From: the human T2T-CHM13v2.0 reference genome, Homo sapiens
NCBI RefSeq assembly: GCF_009914755.1
Contig: NC_060929.1
DNA length: 64,000 nt
Direction: 5' to 3' (one strand)
In this document: piece after piece, positions 53,598 to 64,000 of the stretch
Position numbering within the stretch: position 1 is the first letter of the stretch
Layout: each line of letters opens with the position of its first letter
Position numbers and translations under genes: made by a program
The notes under the pieces: model-generated
The model's input: only the letters and a program-made list of their open reading frames with translations
Databases searched by the model: none
Told to the model about the DNA's origin: nothing

Positions 53598-55730
53598 ATG
53601 GAGTTCTTTCATTGGTTTTGGAGTTTCTGGAGTTGGCTGCTTAATATGATTAGACCCAAAAATGCTAAGAACTCTACTACTTTTTTGTTTGTTTGTTTGT
53701 TTTTGAGATGGACTCTCGCCCTGTCACCCAGGCTGGAGTGTAATGGTGTGATCGTGGCTCACTGTAAACCCTGCCTCCTGGGTTCAAACCATTCTTCTGC
53801 CTCAGCCTCCCAGGTAGCTGGGATAACAGGCACCTGCCACCATGCCCAGCTAATTTTTGTATTTTTAATAGAGATAGGATTTCACCATGTTGGCCAGGCT
53901 GGTCTCAAACTCCTGACCTCGTTATCCGCCCGCCTCAGCCTCCCAAAGTGCTGGGATTACTACAGGTGTGAGCCACTGTGCCCGGCCCAGGACTCTACTT
54001 CTAATAGTTGGCATAAACTGTCTAGGAAGTTATGCAAAATAAATGCATTTGACATTCCTGATTCCCTGCTTGTGAGAGGCAAGGAGTTTAGTGACTCTAT
54101 ACATAATACTTTTGACCATATGTGGAGAACCAAAGAACATAATGAAGATGGTTGGTTGCTCCTAAGTTCAGTGGACAAAGTGACGAAAGAAAATTATGAA
54201 CTCAGGGATTCTGTCTCCTGGCTTCAGAAGCAGATACTGAGCCTCAAATCTGCTAAGATTGCCTTGAGTGAGAGTCTTATCTCCTGTAGAGAAAAAGCTG
54301 GAATTGTGGAAAAACAGATACAAGCTCTTATGTGAGTGGCTGACCTGCAACAAAAGGTGCATGCACAGCCTCACCAGCTGTCTACTTGTTAAGGGCACTG
54401 ATTAGAAAAGAATGGGACCCTGCAACTGGAATGGGGACATGTGGGAGGATCATGATGAAGCTGGGGACACTGAGTATGTCAACTCTGATGGTCTTTTTGC
54501 CAGAAGGAACAGCTTCCCTATCCCCAGTAGTGGCAACATCCCCTCCCTGACCCATGCTGCCATCAGCCTTTCCAACTTTCAGGAAATAAACCCTGTGCTG
54601 CCTGAGGCAACAGTGATGGCCTCCCCTGAGGTAGTTGCCAGGCAAAATAATGTTGATTCTCCTCAGGAGCCACCACCAACACCCCCATTTGCTTCTAGAC
54701 CTATAACTAGACTAAAGTCCTGGTGGGCCCCTAGAGGTGAGGTTAAGTGTGACCCATGAGGAGATCTGCCACACTCGAAAAGAACTGTTTGAGTTCTCTA
54801 TATAAACAGCAATCTGGAGAACAGGCATGGGAACAGATATTAAGGGTATGAGATAATGGTGGAAGGAATATAGAGTTGGATCAGGCTGAATTTATTTGGG
54901 CCCGCTAAGTAGGGACTCTGCTTTTAATGTTGCAGCTTGGGGAGTTAAAAAAGGTTCTAATAGTTTATTTACTTGGTTAGCTGAAACATGGATTAAAAGA
55001 TGGCCCATTGTGAGCAAGCTGGAAATGCCTGATCTCCCTTGGTTTAATGTAGAAGAAGAGACCCAAAGGCTTAGGGAGATCGGGGTGGTAGAGTGGATTA
55101 GTCACTTTAGGCCTATTCATCCCAGCTGGGAGGGTCCAGAAGCTATATCCTTGACCAATGCCTTGTGAAGTAGATTTGTGAGGGCAGCACCTGCATCTTT
55201 GAAGAGCCCTGTGATTGCTCTTCTCTGTATGTCAGATCTAACAGTGGAAACCACAGTCACTCAACTACACAACTTAAATACAGTGGGAATAATTGAGTCG
55301 CGAGGTGGCAGGGGCCATGTGGCAGCACTCAACAGTCAAAGGCAAGGTGGGCATACCTACTGTAATGGACAGCAGAGGCAAAGCAGCAATCAGAATAGTC
55401 TGACTCGTGTAGAGCTGTGGCATTGTGTAGAGCTGTGGCATTGGCTAATTAATCACAGTGTTCCTAGAAGTGAAATTGATAGACAGCCTACTGCATTCCG
55501 ACTTAATTTATACAAACAGAAAACTTATAGGTCAAATGGACAAAAGAATAATTTGAATTATAAAACCAGAGAACCACAGTCCCTCAATCAGTTTCCAGAC
55601 TTGAGCCAGGTTACAGACCCAGAAGCCCTTGAATAAAGGGGAAGCGGGTCCCCTTGAGGAAGGACCCTACTACATTACTGACAATTTGTGCTGTGAATCT
55701 TTCTCCCATCTTTCCCCACGGAAACCTCCG
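53598..55730 (+). pseudogene. HERV-L gag, disrupted by stops, frameshifts and an Alu
   Basis: [14 protein letters not shown]; LEMPDLPWFNVEE..QRLREIG.VEWI; RAAPASLKSPVIALL; ELWHWLINHSVPRSEID. Confidence 0.85.
53682..53987 (-). mobile_element. AluS (Sg-like) inserted in HERV-L gag
   Basis: (TTTG)n tail. TSD agaactctactact (53668-53681) / aggactctacttct (53989-54002). Confidence 0.94.
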
Positions 55731-58700
55731 GCCTTTTACCAAGGTAACTGTGCACTGGAGAAAGAAATGATCAGACATTTCAGGGACTACTGAACACTGG
55801 CTCTGAGCTGATGTTAATTCCAGGAAATCCAAAATGTCATGGTAGTCCTCCAGTTAAAGTAGGGGCTTATGGAGGTCAGGTAATTGATGGAGTTTTAGCT
55901 CAGGTCTGACTTACAGTGGGTCCAGCAGGTCTCTGGTCTCATCCTGTGGTAATTTCCCCAGTGCCAGAATGCATAATCGGCATAGACATACTTAGCAGCT
56001 GGCAGAACTGCCACATTGGCTCCCTGACTGGTTGGTTGAGGGCTACTATAGTGGGAAAGGTCAAATGAAAGCCATTAAGGTTGCCTCTACCTACAAAAAT
56101 AGTAAATGAAAAACAATATCGCATCCCTGGAAGGACTGCAGAGATTAGTGCCCATCAAGGGCCTGAAAGACTCAGGGGTGGTGAGTCCCACCACATCCCC
56201 ATTCAACTCTCCCATTTGGCCTGTGCAGAAGAAAAATGGATCTTGGAGGATGACAGTGGATTATTGTAGGCTTAACCAAGTGGTGACTCCAATTGCAGCT
56301 GCTGTACCAGATGTAGTTTCCTTGCTTGAGCAAATTAACATATCTCATGGTACCTGGTATGCAGCATTGACTTGGCAAATGCCTTTTTCTCCATTCCTGT
56401 CCATAAGGCCCACCAGAAGCAATTTGCCTTCAGCTGGCAAGGCCAACAATATACCTTTACTGTCCTACCTCAGGGGTATATCAGCTCTCCAGCTTTGTGT
56501 CATAATCTTATTCGGAGAGACCTTGGTTGCTTTTTGCTTCTGTAAGATATCACACTGATCTATTACATTGATGACATTATGCTGATTGGATCTGGTGAGC
56601 AAGAAGTAGCAAACACACTGGACTTATTAGTGACATATTTGAGTGGCAGATGATGGGAAATAAATCTGACTAAAATTCAGGGACCTTCTACCTCAGTAAA
56701 ATTTCTAGGGATCCAGTGATGTGGGGCCTGTTAAGATATTCCTTCTAAGGTGAAGAGTATGTTGCTGCATTTGACCCCTCCTACAACCAAGAAAGAGGCA
56801 CAACACCTAGTGGGCCTATTTAGACTTTGGAGGCAACATTCCTCACTGGGCCATGTTACTCTGCCTATTTATTGAGTGACCTGAAAGGCTGCCTGTTTTG
56901 AGTGGGGTCCAGAACAGGAGAAGGCTCTGCAACAGGTCCAGGCTACTGTGCAAGCCACTCTGCCACTTGGGCCATATGACCCAGCAGATCCAATGGTGCT
57001 TGAGGTTTCAGTGACAGATAGGTATGCTGTTTGGAGCCTTTGGCGGGTCCCCCATAGGTGAATCACAGCAGAGGCTTCTGGGATTTTGGAGCAAGGCCCT
57101 GCCATTTTCTGCAGATAACTACTCTTCTTTTGAGAGACAGCTCTTGGCCTGTTACTGGGCTTTGGTGGAAACTGAACATTTAACTATGGGTCATCAAGTC
57201 ACCATGCAGTCTGAACTGCCTATCATGAACTGGGTGATTTCTGACCCATCTAGCCATAAAGTGAGTCATGCACAGCAGCATTCTATCACCAAATGGAAGT
57301 GGTATATACGTGATCGGGCTTGAGCAGATCCTGAAGGCACAAGTAAGTTACATGAGGAAAGGGCTCAAATGCCCAAGGTCTCCACTCCTGCCACCCTTCC
57401 TTCTCTCCCCCAGCCTGCACCAATGGCCTCGTGGGGAGTTCCCTATGATCAGCTGACAGAGGAAGAGAAGACTAGGGCCTGGTTCACAGGTGATTCTGCA
57501 TGATAGGCAAGCACCACCCGAAAGTGGTCGGCTGCAGTACTACAGCCCCTTTCTAGTACATCCCTGAAGGACAGTGGTGAAAGGAAATCTTCCCAGTGGG
57601 CAGAATTTCAACCAGTGCACCTGGCTGTGCACTTTGCAAGGAAGGAGAAATGGCCAGATGTGTGATTATAAACTGATTCATGGGGTGTAGCCAATGGTTT
57701 GGCTGTATGGTCAGGGACTTGGAAGAAGCATGATTGGAAAACTGGTTACACAGAAATTTGGGGAAGAGGTATGTGGCTGGACTTCTCTGAGTGGCCAAAA
57801 ACTGTGAAGATATTTGTATCCCATGTGAGTGCTCACCAATGGTTGACCTCAGCAGAGGAAGATTTTAATAATCAAGTCGATAGGATGACCTGTACTGTGG
57901 ACGCCACTCAGCCTTTTTCCCCAGCCACCCCTGTCATCGCACAATGGGCCCATGAACAAAGTGGCCATGGTGGCAGGGGCGGAGGTTATGCCTGGGCTCA
58001 GCAACATGGACTTCACTTACCAAGGCTGACCTGGCTACAGCCACTGATGAGTGCCCAATTTGCCAGCAGCAGAGACCAATACTAAGCACTCGATATGGCA
58101 GCATTCCTTGGGGTGATCAGCTACCTGGTGGCAGGTTGATTATATTGGACCTCTTCCATCAATGAAAGGGCAGAGGTTTGTCCTCACTGGAATAGACGCT
58201 TACTCTGGATGTGGGTTTGCCTATCCAGCACACAATGCTTCTGCCGAAACTACCATCAGTGGACTCACAGAATGCCTTATCCACCGTCATGGTATTCCAC
58301 ACAGCATTGCCTCTGACCAAGGCACTCACTTTATGGCTAAAGAAGTGTGGCAGTGGGCTCATGCTCATGGAATTCACTGGTGTTACCTTGTTCCCCATCA
58401 TCCTGAAGCAGCTGGATTGATAGAATGGTGGAATGGCCTTTTGGAGTCACGATTATAACGCCAATTAGGTGACAATACTTTGCAGGGCTGGGCTAGAATT
58501 CTCCAGAAGGCCATGTATGCTCTGAATCAGCGTCCAATGTATGGTACTGTTTCTCCCATAGCCAGGATTCACGGGTCCAGGAATCAAGGGGTAGAAGTAA
58601 AAGTGGCATCACTCACCGTCACCCCTAGTGATCCACTAGCAAAATTTTGCTTCCTGTTTCCACGACATTACGTTCTGCTGGCCTAGAGGTCTTAGTTCCA

Positions 58701-59170
58701 CAGGGAGGAACACTGCCCCCAGGAGACACAACAATGATTCCATTAAACTGGAAGTTAAGATTGCCACCTGAACACTTTGGGCTCCTCTTACCTTTAAGTC
58801 AACAGGCTAAGAAGGGTGTTACAGTGTTGGCTGGGGTGACTGACCCAACTATCAAGATGAAATCAGTCTACTACTCATGACAGATGTAAGGAAGAGCATG
58901 CATGGAATACAGGAGACTCATTGGGGCATCTCTTAATATTACCATGTCCTGTGATTGAGGGCAATGGGAAACTACAACAGCCCAATCCAGGCAGGACTAC
59001 AAATCGCCCAGACCCCTCAGGAATGAAGGTTTGGGTCACTCCACCAGGAAAAAAACCATGACCTGCTGAGGTGTTTGCTGAAGGCAAAGGGAATACAGAA
59101 TGGGTAGTAGAAGAAGGTAGTCATCAATACCAGCTATGACCACGTGACCAGCTGCAGAAACGAGGACTGT
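55730..59170 (+). pseudogene. HERV-L pro-pol (protease, RT, RNase H, integrase) and dUTPase, disrupted
   Basis: Protease GLLNTGSELMLIP (~55783; catalytic D reads N). [25 protein letters not shown] and YYIDDIML (56561). FERQLLACYWAL. Integrase GIPHSIASDQGTHF...AAGLIEWWNGLL. dUTPase LPPGDTTMIPLNWKLRLPPEHFGLL. Many stops and frameshifts. Confidence 0.9.
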
Positions 59171-59479
59171 AACTGTCATGAGTATTTCCTCCTTCTTTTG
59201 TTAAAAACATGTTTGTGTATATATACCTTTGCACTAAGAAAATATCTTCATTTTATTTCATTTTCCTTTATCATGTGGCGTAAGATTTATTTACTTCACA
59301 TCAGCATTTAAGTATTGGTAACTTTATATAACAGTATTTAGGTTGGAGATTGGTGCATTTCTGGATGTATGAAGGATAGTTGTATCATGTTAGGCATAAT
59401 TATGACCTTATTATTGTCTTTATTTGAAGATTGTGATCTCAGGAGATATGCATGGGTTCAAGTTGACAAGGGGTGGACT

Positions 59480-59898
59480 TGTGATGGTTAATACTGTCAA
59501 CTTGATTGGATTGAAGGATGCAAAATACTGATCCTGGCTGTGTCTGTGAGGGTGTTGCCAAAGGATATTAACATTTGAGTCAGTGGACTGGGGAAGGCAG
59601 ACCCACCCTTAATCTGGTGGGCACAATCTAATCGGCTGCCAGCGAATATAAAGCAGGCAGAAAAACTTGAAGAGGTGAGACTGGCCTAGCCTCCCAGCCT
59701 ACATCTTTCTCCCATGCTGGATGCTTCCTGCCCTCAAACATCGGGCTCCAGGTTCTTCAGTTTTGAGACTCAGACTGGCTCTCCTTGCTCCTCAAGCTTG
59801 CAGACAGCCTATTGTGGGACCTTGTGATCGTGTAAGTTAAAACTTAATAAATTCATATATATGCATAGATATTCTATTAGAGAACCCAGACTAATATA
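59480..59898 (+). mobile_element. MLT2A1-like 3' LTR of HERV-L
   Basis: tgtgatggttaatactg...aacttgattggattgaagg...ctgccagcgaatataaagcaggcag...aataaa...gactaatata. Confidence 0.9.
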
Positions 59899-60684
59899 GT
59901 GGCATACCCAAACATTTCACTTTGAGGAATGATGAATAAAGGGATGATAAATATAGAGTCTGAGCTGGCAGTGGCACCAGGGAACATTAACGAAGTGTGG
60001 ACTCTCAGAGGTCAGGTGGTAAATGGAGTCCTAACCTAAGTGAATTTTATACTGCGTCCCACGAGTCCAAGGACCCAGCCCATGGCTCTTCCCCAGATCC
60101 TGAGTACATAATTAGTATAGATATCTTAGCAGCTACAGAACCTTATATTGGCTTCATGACTTGTGGAATAAGAGTAACTATGGCAGGAAAGGCCAGAAGG
60201 ATGCCCCTGATATTGCCCTCCAAATGAAAATAGTAAATTAGAAGCAATCCCACACCTTAGGGTGAGTTACAGAAGTTAGTGCCACCCTCAATGTCTTGAG
60301 ACATTCCACCCTGGAAGGAGAAGAGATTTGCTCTTAGCAGAAATAAAACCTACTCTATATGTGTTTGCCTTCCCTACCCACTATCAAGGGCTTTTAGAAT
60401 TCCCGATTTACCTCTTCACACCATTGCCTTTGATGAAAGGACACATTTTCTAGCAAAGGATGTGTGTCAGCGAGAAGGGTATGTGACTGTAACATCCGTG
60501 TATCCTACCATAAACCACCTCACCCAGAAGCAGCAGATCTGATAGAATGTTTGAACAGACTATTAAAACATTCGAATAAGATGTCCGTCCAGAGACAAAA
60601 CCCTCTAGGTTGGAGAGCTCTCTCGGATGCACCGAACCAACCACTGATACACGGTGCTGCATCTACCATCGCTAAAATACACAG

Positions 60685-61249
60685 TGTGATGGTTAATATT
60701 GAGTGTCAACTTGATTGGATTGAAGGATGCAAAGTATTGTTCCTGCGTGTGTCTGTGAGGGTGTTGCTAAAGGAGATTAACATTTGAGTCAGTGGACTGG
60801 GAGAGGCAGACCCACCCTCAATCTGGGTGGGCACCACCTAATCAGCTGCCAGCATGGCTAGAATAAAAGCAGGCAGAGGAACATGGAAGGACTAGACTAG
60901 TTAAGTCTTCTGGCCTCCATCTTTCTCCCGTGCTGGATGCCTCCTGCCCTCAAACATCAGACATCAGGTTTTTCAGCTTTTGGACTTGTGGATCCACACT
61001 AGAGGTTTGCCAGGGGCTCTCGAACCTTTGACCACAGACTCAAGGCTGTACCATCAGCTTCCTTACTTTTGAGGTTTTGGGACTCAGACTGGCTTCCTTG
61101 CTCCTCAGCTGGCCTATTGTGGGACTTTACCTTGTGATCATGTGAGTCAATACTCCTTTATAAACTCATATATATACATACATATATATATACACACATA
61201 TATACACATATATATACACATATGTATATATATATGGGAGTTTGTTGTA

Positions 61250-61310
<61 letters not shown>

Positions 61311-61358
61311 ACTTTATTAATATCTCCTATTAGTTCTCCTCTAGAGAAGCCTAATATA
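60685..61358 (+). mobile_element. MLT2A2-like solo LTR
   Basis: tgtgatggttaatattgagtgtcaacttgattggattgaagg...ggctagaataaaagcagg. Perfect TSD CACAG (60680-60684 / 61359-61363). Confidence 0.9.
61169..61308. repeat. (TA)n / (TA-CA)n microsatellite inside the MLT2A2 LTR
   Basis: Mixed TA/CA at 61169-61235 and a pure TA run at ~61254-61308. Confidence 0.95.
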
Positions 61359-63384
61359 CACAGGCTCAGGGATGAAGAGATGGAAGTAAAATTGGCCCTT
61401 CTCACCATTGCTCCCAGTAATTCACTTAATTCACTTAATATTTGTGCTTCCCAGTCCTACAACTTAGGTTCTACTGGACTAGAGGTCCTGGTTGCCAGTG
61501 GGGCTACCCTCGCACTGGGGAACCTGATAAGGATTCCAGTGAACCGAAAACCAAAACTGCCACCTGATCACTCTGGGCTTCATGCTTGAGGACCAGCAGC
61601 CAAAAGAAGGACTCATTCTGGTGGGGGAAATCTTCCTTGATCATCAGGAGGAACTAGGGTTGCTGCTCCCTAATAGGGGCAGGGAGGAGCATGCCTGGAA
61701 CTCAGGAAATTCACTGAGGTGTCTCTTGGTGTTTCCATTGCTAATGATAATGGTGAACCAGAAATTGCAGCAATCATGGCCTCACAAGGGCATGGTAAGC
61801 AGGGAGTAAGACCTGCAGGGATAAGTGTCTCAGTTACTGTATCACACAAGCAATCTAAAGCAGCAAAAGTGATGGCCAAGGGTAGAGGAAATCTAAAATG
61901 GGTGGAGAAGCAAGATGATAAATATCAACTATAGCCTGGAGACCAGCTTGGAGCTGTAGGTACCATGGCTTGTTCTGCTAATTTTCTGATAGTGTCTTTA
62001 TGAGATTGTGGCCATCCATGATCTTGAAGACATGGTGGTAGAATTAATGGGCTTTAAGTAGGGCTCAAGCAGATATGAGAGGGGAATACAACAGTCAGGA
62101 TGTCTGAAATTTCTTTCAAGCAGTGCCTTGAAGAATCAGTGATCCACAGAATGTACTTTGGGAAATGCTATTTTTTACTAGAATTTTAGATGATTTTGTT
62201 TTATTAAAAGATGTATCTTTAAGCTAACCATAGGCAGACCCTTTCATTTTTATTGTCAGAATTTTCAAAAATAGAAGAAAAGAGAGAGCAAAGAGAAAAA
62301 TTTTGAAAATAGCAAAAATTCACTGCCAAAATTATTGTCCCACTGTGAGCACTCAGTAAACTTGAATAACTGCATCAGTATATCTAGAAGCCACATTGCT
62401 GGCAAAATATTAGTGTCCACATTTTGAAAACAAACTTGCTCTGGCCTAGTAGAATATTATCATTTAGAACCTAGTGTTTTCTTAGAAAGTGTTGCTATAT
62501 TTTTAGTCATTACAGGGATTACTCTACAGTGATGGGACCACTTAGCTGAAAAGCCTAGCTTTCTCCGGTGAATTCTAACAGTTGAAGAGATCACCATGAC
62601 TAAAGGGATTGCAAGGATGTCTGTCTTTCACTTAAGATTTCTATGTCTCAGAATAATTTAGCTTTAGCTTGTAAATACAAGCTTGCTTCATAAAGGTAGA
62701 TTGAAAAGATATATGCATTTGTTCAAGTACAGAGCCAAAGACTTCTGAAAAGGGGGCAATAAAAGAAAAAGGACAGTGCAGTCTCTCTTTCTCTCTCAAC
62801 TTTAAAAACCTCCATAGCAACAATATATGTATGACTGTCACTAGTCTTCATATTGCTCTGACTCAGAGCTTAGTGGTTTAGTAATTGTGAGTTGTTTTCA
62901 GAACATTACTTCTTCATTTGGCTTTTCTGGCATCAAACTGTATGACATGTATCCATAAATATATTCATCTATCTGTGTCATTTTTCAGTTTTGCTTTCTT
63001 CCTAGATGTTAACTCCCTAATTTTTTCCTATTCCTTGCTCATAATAAATTCCAGAGCAGTGCAATATATTACATCTTCCACACAACTTAGAATTCACTGT
63101 TTCGTATCTGTCATTTGAAGATAATCAGGATCTTTCACTACAAAATGACTAAACAGTGTATCCTGAAACAAGTAAATGATAGATTTCTTCTCAAGATGCA
63201 AAGAGAAAAGTGTTGAAAACTCAACATTTAAAACAGTGCTTGAAAAGTAACAGTAATTAAATGTCTATGTACAGATGATAGTTGGCTCATCCTACCTAAT
63301 TTGCTCTGAACTCAGTAATATTCTTAAAACCACTGTTATGTTGGTCCATTACTTGGTCCAGTTTCATTTTACCAGCCAATAGTA

Positions 63385-63579
63385 GTAATGATGATGATGA
63401 TAGCAGCTAGAGTTTATTGAATATTTATCATGTGTCAGGCCTGGGACCAAGTAGTTTGCACATATATCTGCAATCAGCCACTTCTCTTCATCCGCACACC
63501 TCAGTCCAAGCCACCACTGTCTATAGCTCCGACTACTGGAGTAACTTCCTAATTAGTTCCCCTGCTTTCATTCTTTTCT

Positions 63580-63610
<31 letters not shown>

Positions 63611-64000
63611 GAGACAGGGTCTCATGCTGTTGCCCAGGCTGAACTGCAGTGGTTCAATCACAGCTTACTGCAGCCTTGACTTCCCCAGGCCCAGGTGATC
63701 CTCCCACCTTAGCCTTCAGAGTAGCTGGGAATACAGGCACAAGCCACCACACCCGGCTAATTTTTGTATTGTTTGTAGAAATGGGGTCTCACCATGTTGC
63801 CCAGGCTGATCTAAAACTCCTGGGCTCAAGCAATCCACCCACCTCAGCCTTCCAAAGTACTGGGATTACAGGCATGAGCCACCTCATGCCTGGCCCTCAT
63901 TCTTCACTCTTTACAATTCATGCCCACACAACATGAATCTGCAATGATCTTTTATAAAGTATTTTACAGCACATCCGTCTCCTGCTTAAAATGCTTTTAA
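63385..64000. mobile_element. MIR/L2 relics; the L2 (~63465-64000, +) is split by an AluJ
   Basis: tttattgaatatttatcatgtgtcaggc; agtccaagccaccact...ttcctaattagttcccctgctttc...ctcctgcttaaaa. Confidence 0.65.
63576..63895 (-). mobile_element. AluJ
   Basis: Long poly(T); gagacagggtctc...ctcctgggctcaagcaatcc. TSD tcattctt (63568-63575 / 63897-63904). Confidence 0.93.

Larger units (their letters stand above)
53518..59898 (+). mobile_element. HERV-L provirus (decayed): ~36-bp remnant of the 5' LTR, PBS, gag-pro-pol-dUTPase, no env, 3' LTR
   Basis: LTR end ttagttctgtccctctaaagaaccctgactaataca, then PBS region gattctggtaccaggagtggttc (53554). PPT gacaaggggtggac before 59480. Coding motifs are listed in the following features. 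Confidence 0.93.
52150..62088 (+). mobile_element. Ancient ERVL internal region (ERV3-16A3_I-like) in pieces 52150-53516, 59899-60684 and 61359-~62088
   Basis: gag-like gggactctgggaccttggatggggacatt; protease-like PDPEYIISIDIL; integrase-like PHPEAADLIECLNRLLK; dUTPase-like GLEVLV...IPVNRKPKLPPDHSGL; PPT-like gagagggga at ~62080. Confidence 0.75.

Noticed and set aside
55730-59170. Intact or active HERV-L pol
   Set aside because: There are numerous stops and frameshifts, the protease catalytic Asp reads Asn, and the 5' LTR is missing.
59480-61358. Two MLT2 LTRs as the paired LTRs of one mini-provirus
   Set aside because: They are different subfamilies (A1-like versus A2-like). The second has its own TSD (CACAG), and the first follows the HERV-L PPT.
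62500-63300. Possible exon or processed pseudogene on the minus strand
   Set aside because: There is no sustained reading frame, recognisable peptide, or poly(A)/TSD signature.

Overview
This is primate (human-like) intergenic or intronic DNA, AT-rich and CpG-depleted, and roughly two-thirds of it is recognisable interspersed repeat. I find no host protein-coding exon, tRNA, rRNA, CRISPR array or prokaryotic system. Nearly all ORFs in the track are translations of L1, Alu, ERV or low-complexity sequence. The largest structure is a nested ERV-L complex at ~51.7-62.1 kb. An ancient ERVL provirus (ERV3-16A3-like) is interrupted by an AluJ, by a solo MLT2A2 LTR, and by a decayed HERV-L (gag-pro-pol-dUTPase, 3' MLT2A1 LTR, 5' LTR almost entirely deleted, with an in-frame antisense Alu in gag). 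Other content includes: the 5' half of an old L1 (1-4185, minus); a three-layer nest of MER20, ERV1 LTR and L1MA (4.2-9.3 kb); a dense cluster of solo ERV1 LTRs at 24-31 kb; many MaLR LTRs, Alus and MIR/L2/hAT relics; and a few unique stretches with motif clusters that may be enhancers (33.7-34.1 kb, and an RFX X-box cluster at 45.25-45.47 kb). Repeat family names come from recalled consensus sequences, not from a search, so subfamily calls are provisional. I do not see convincing evidence of a new biological system.
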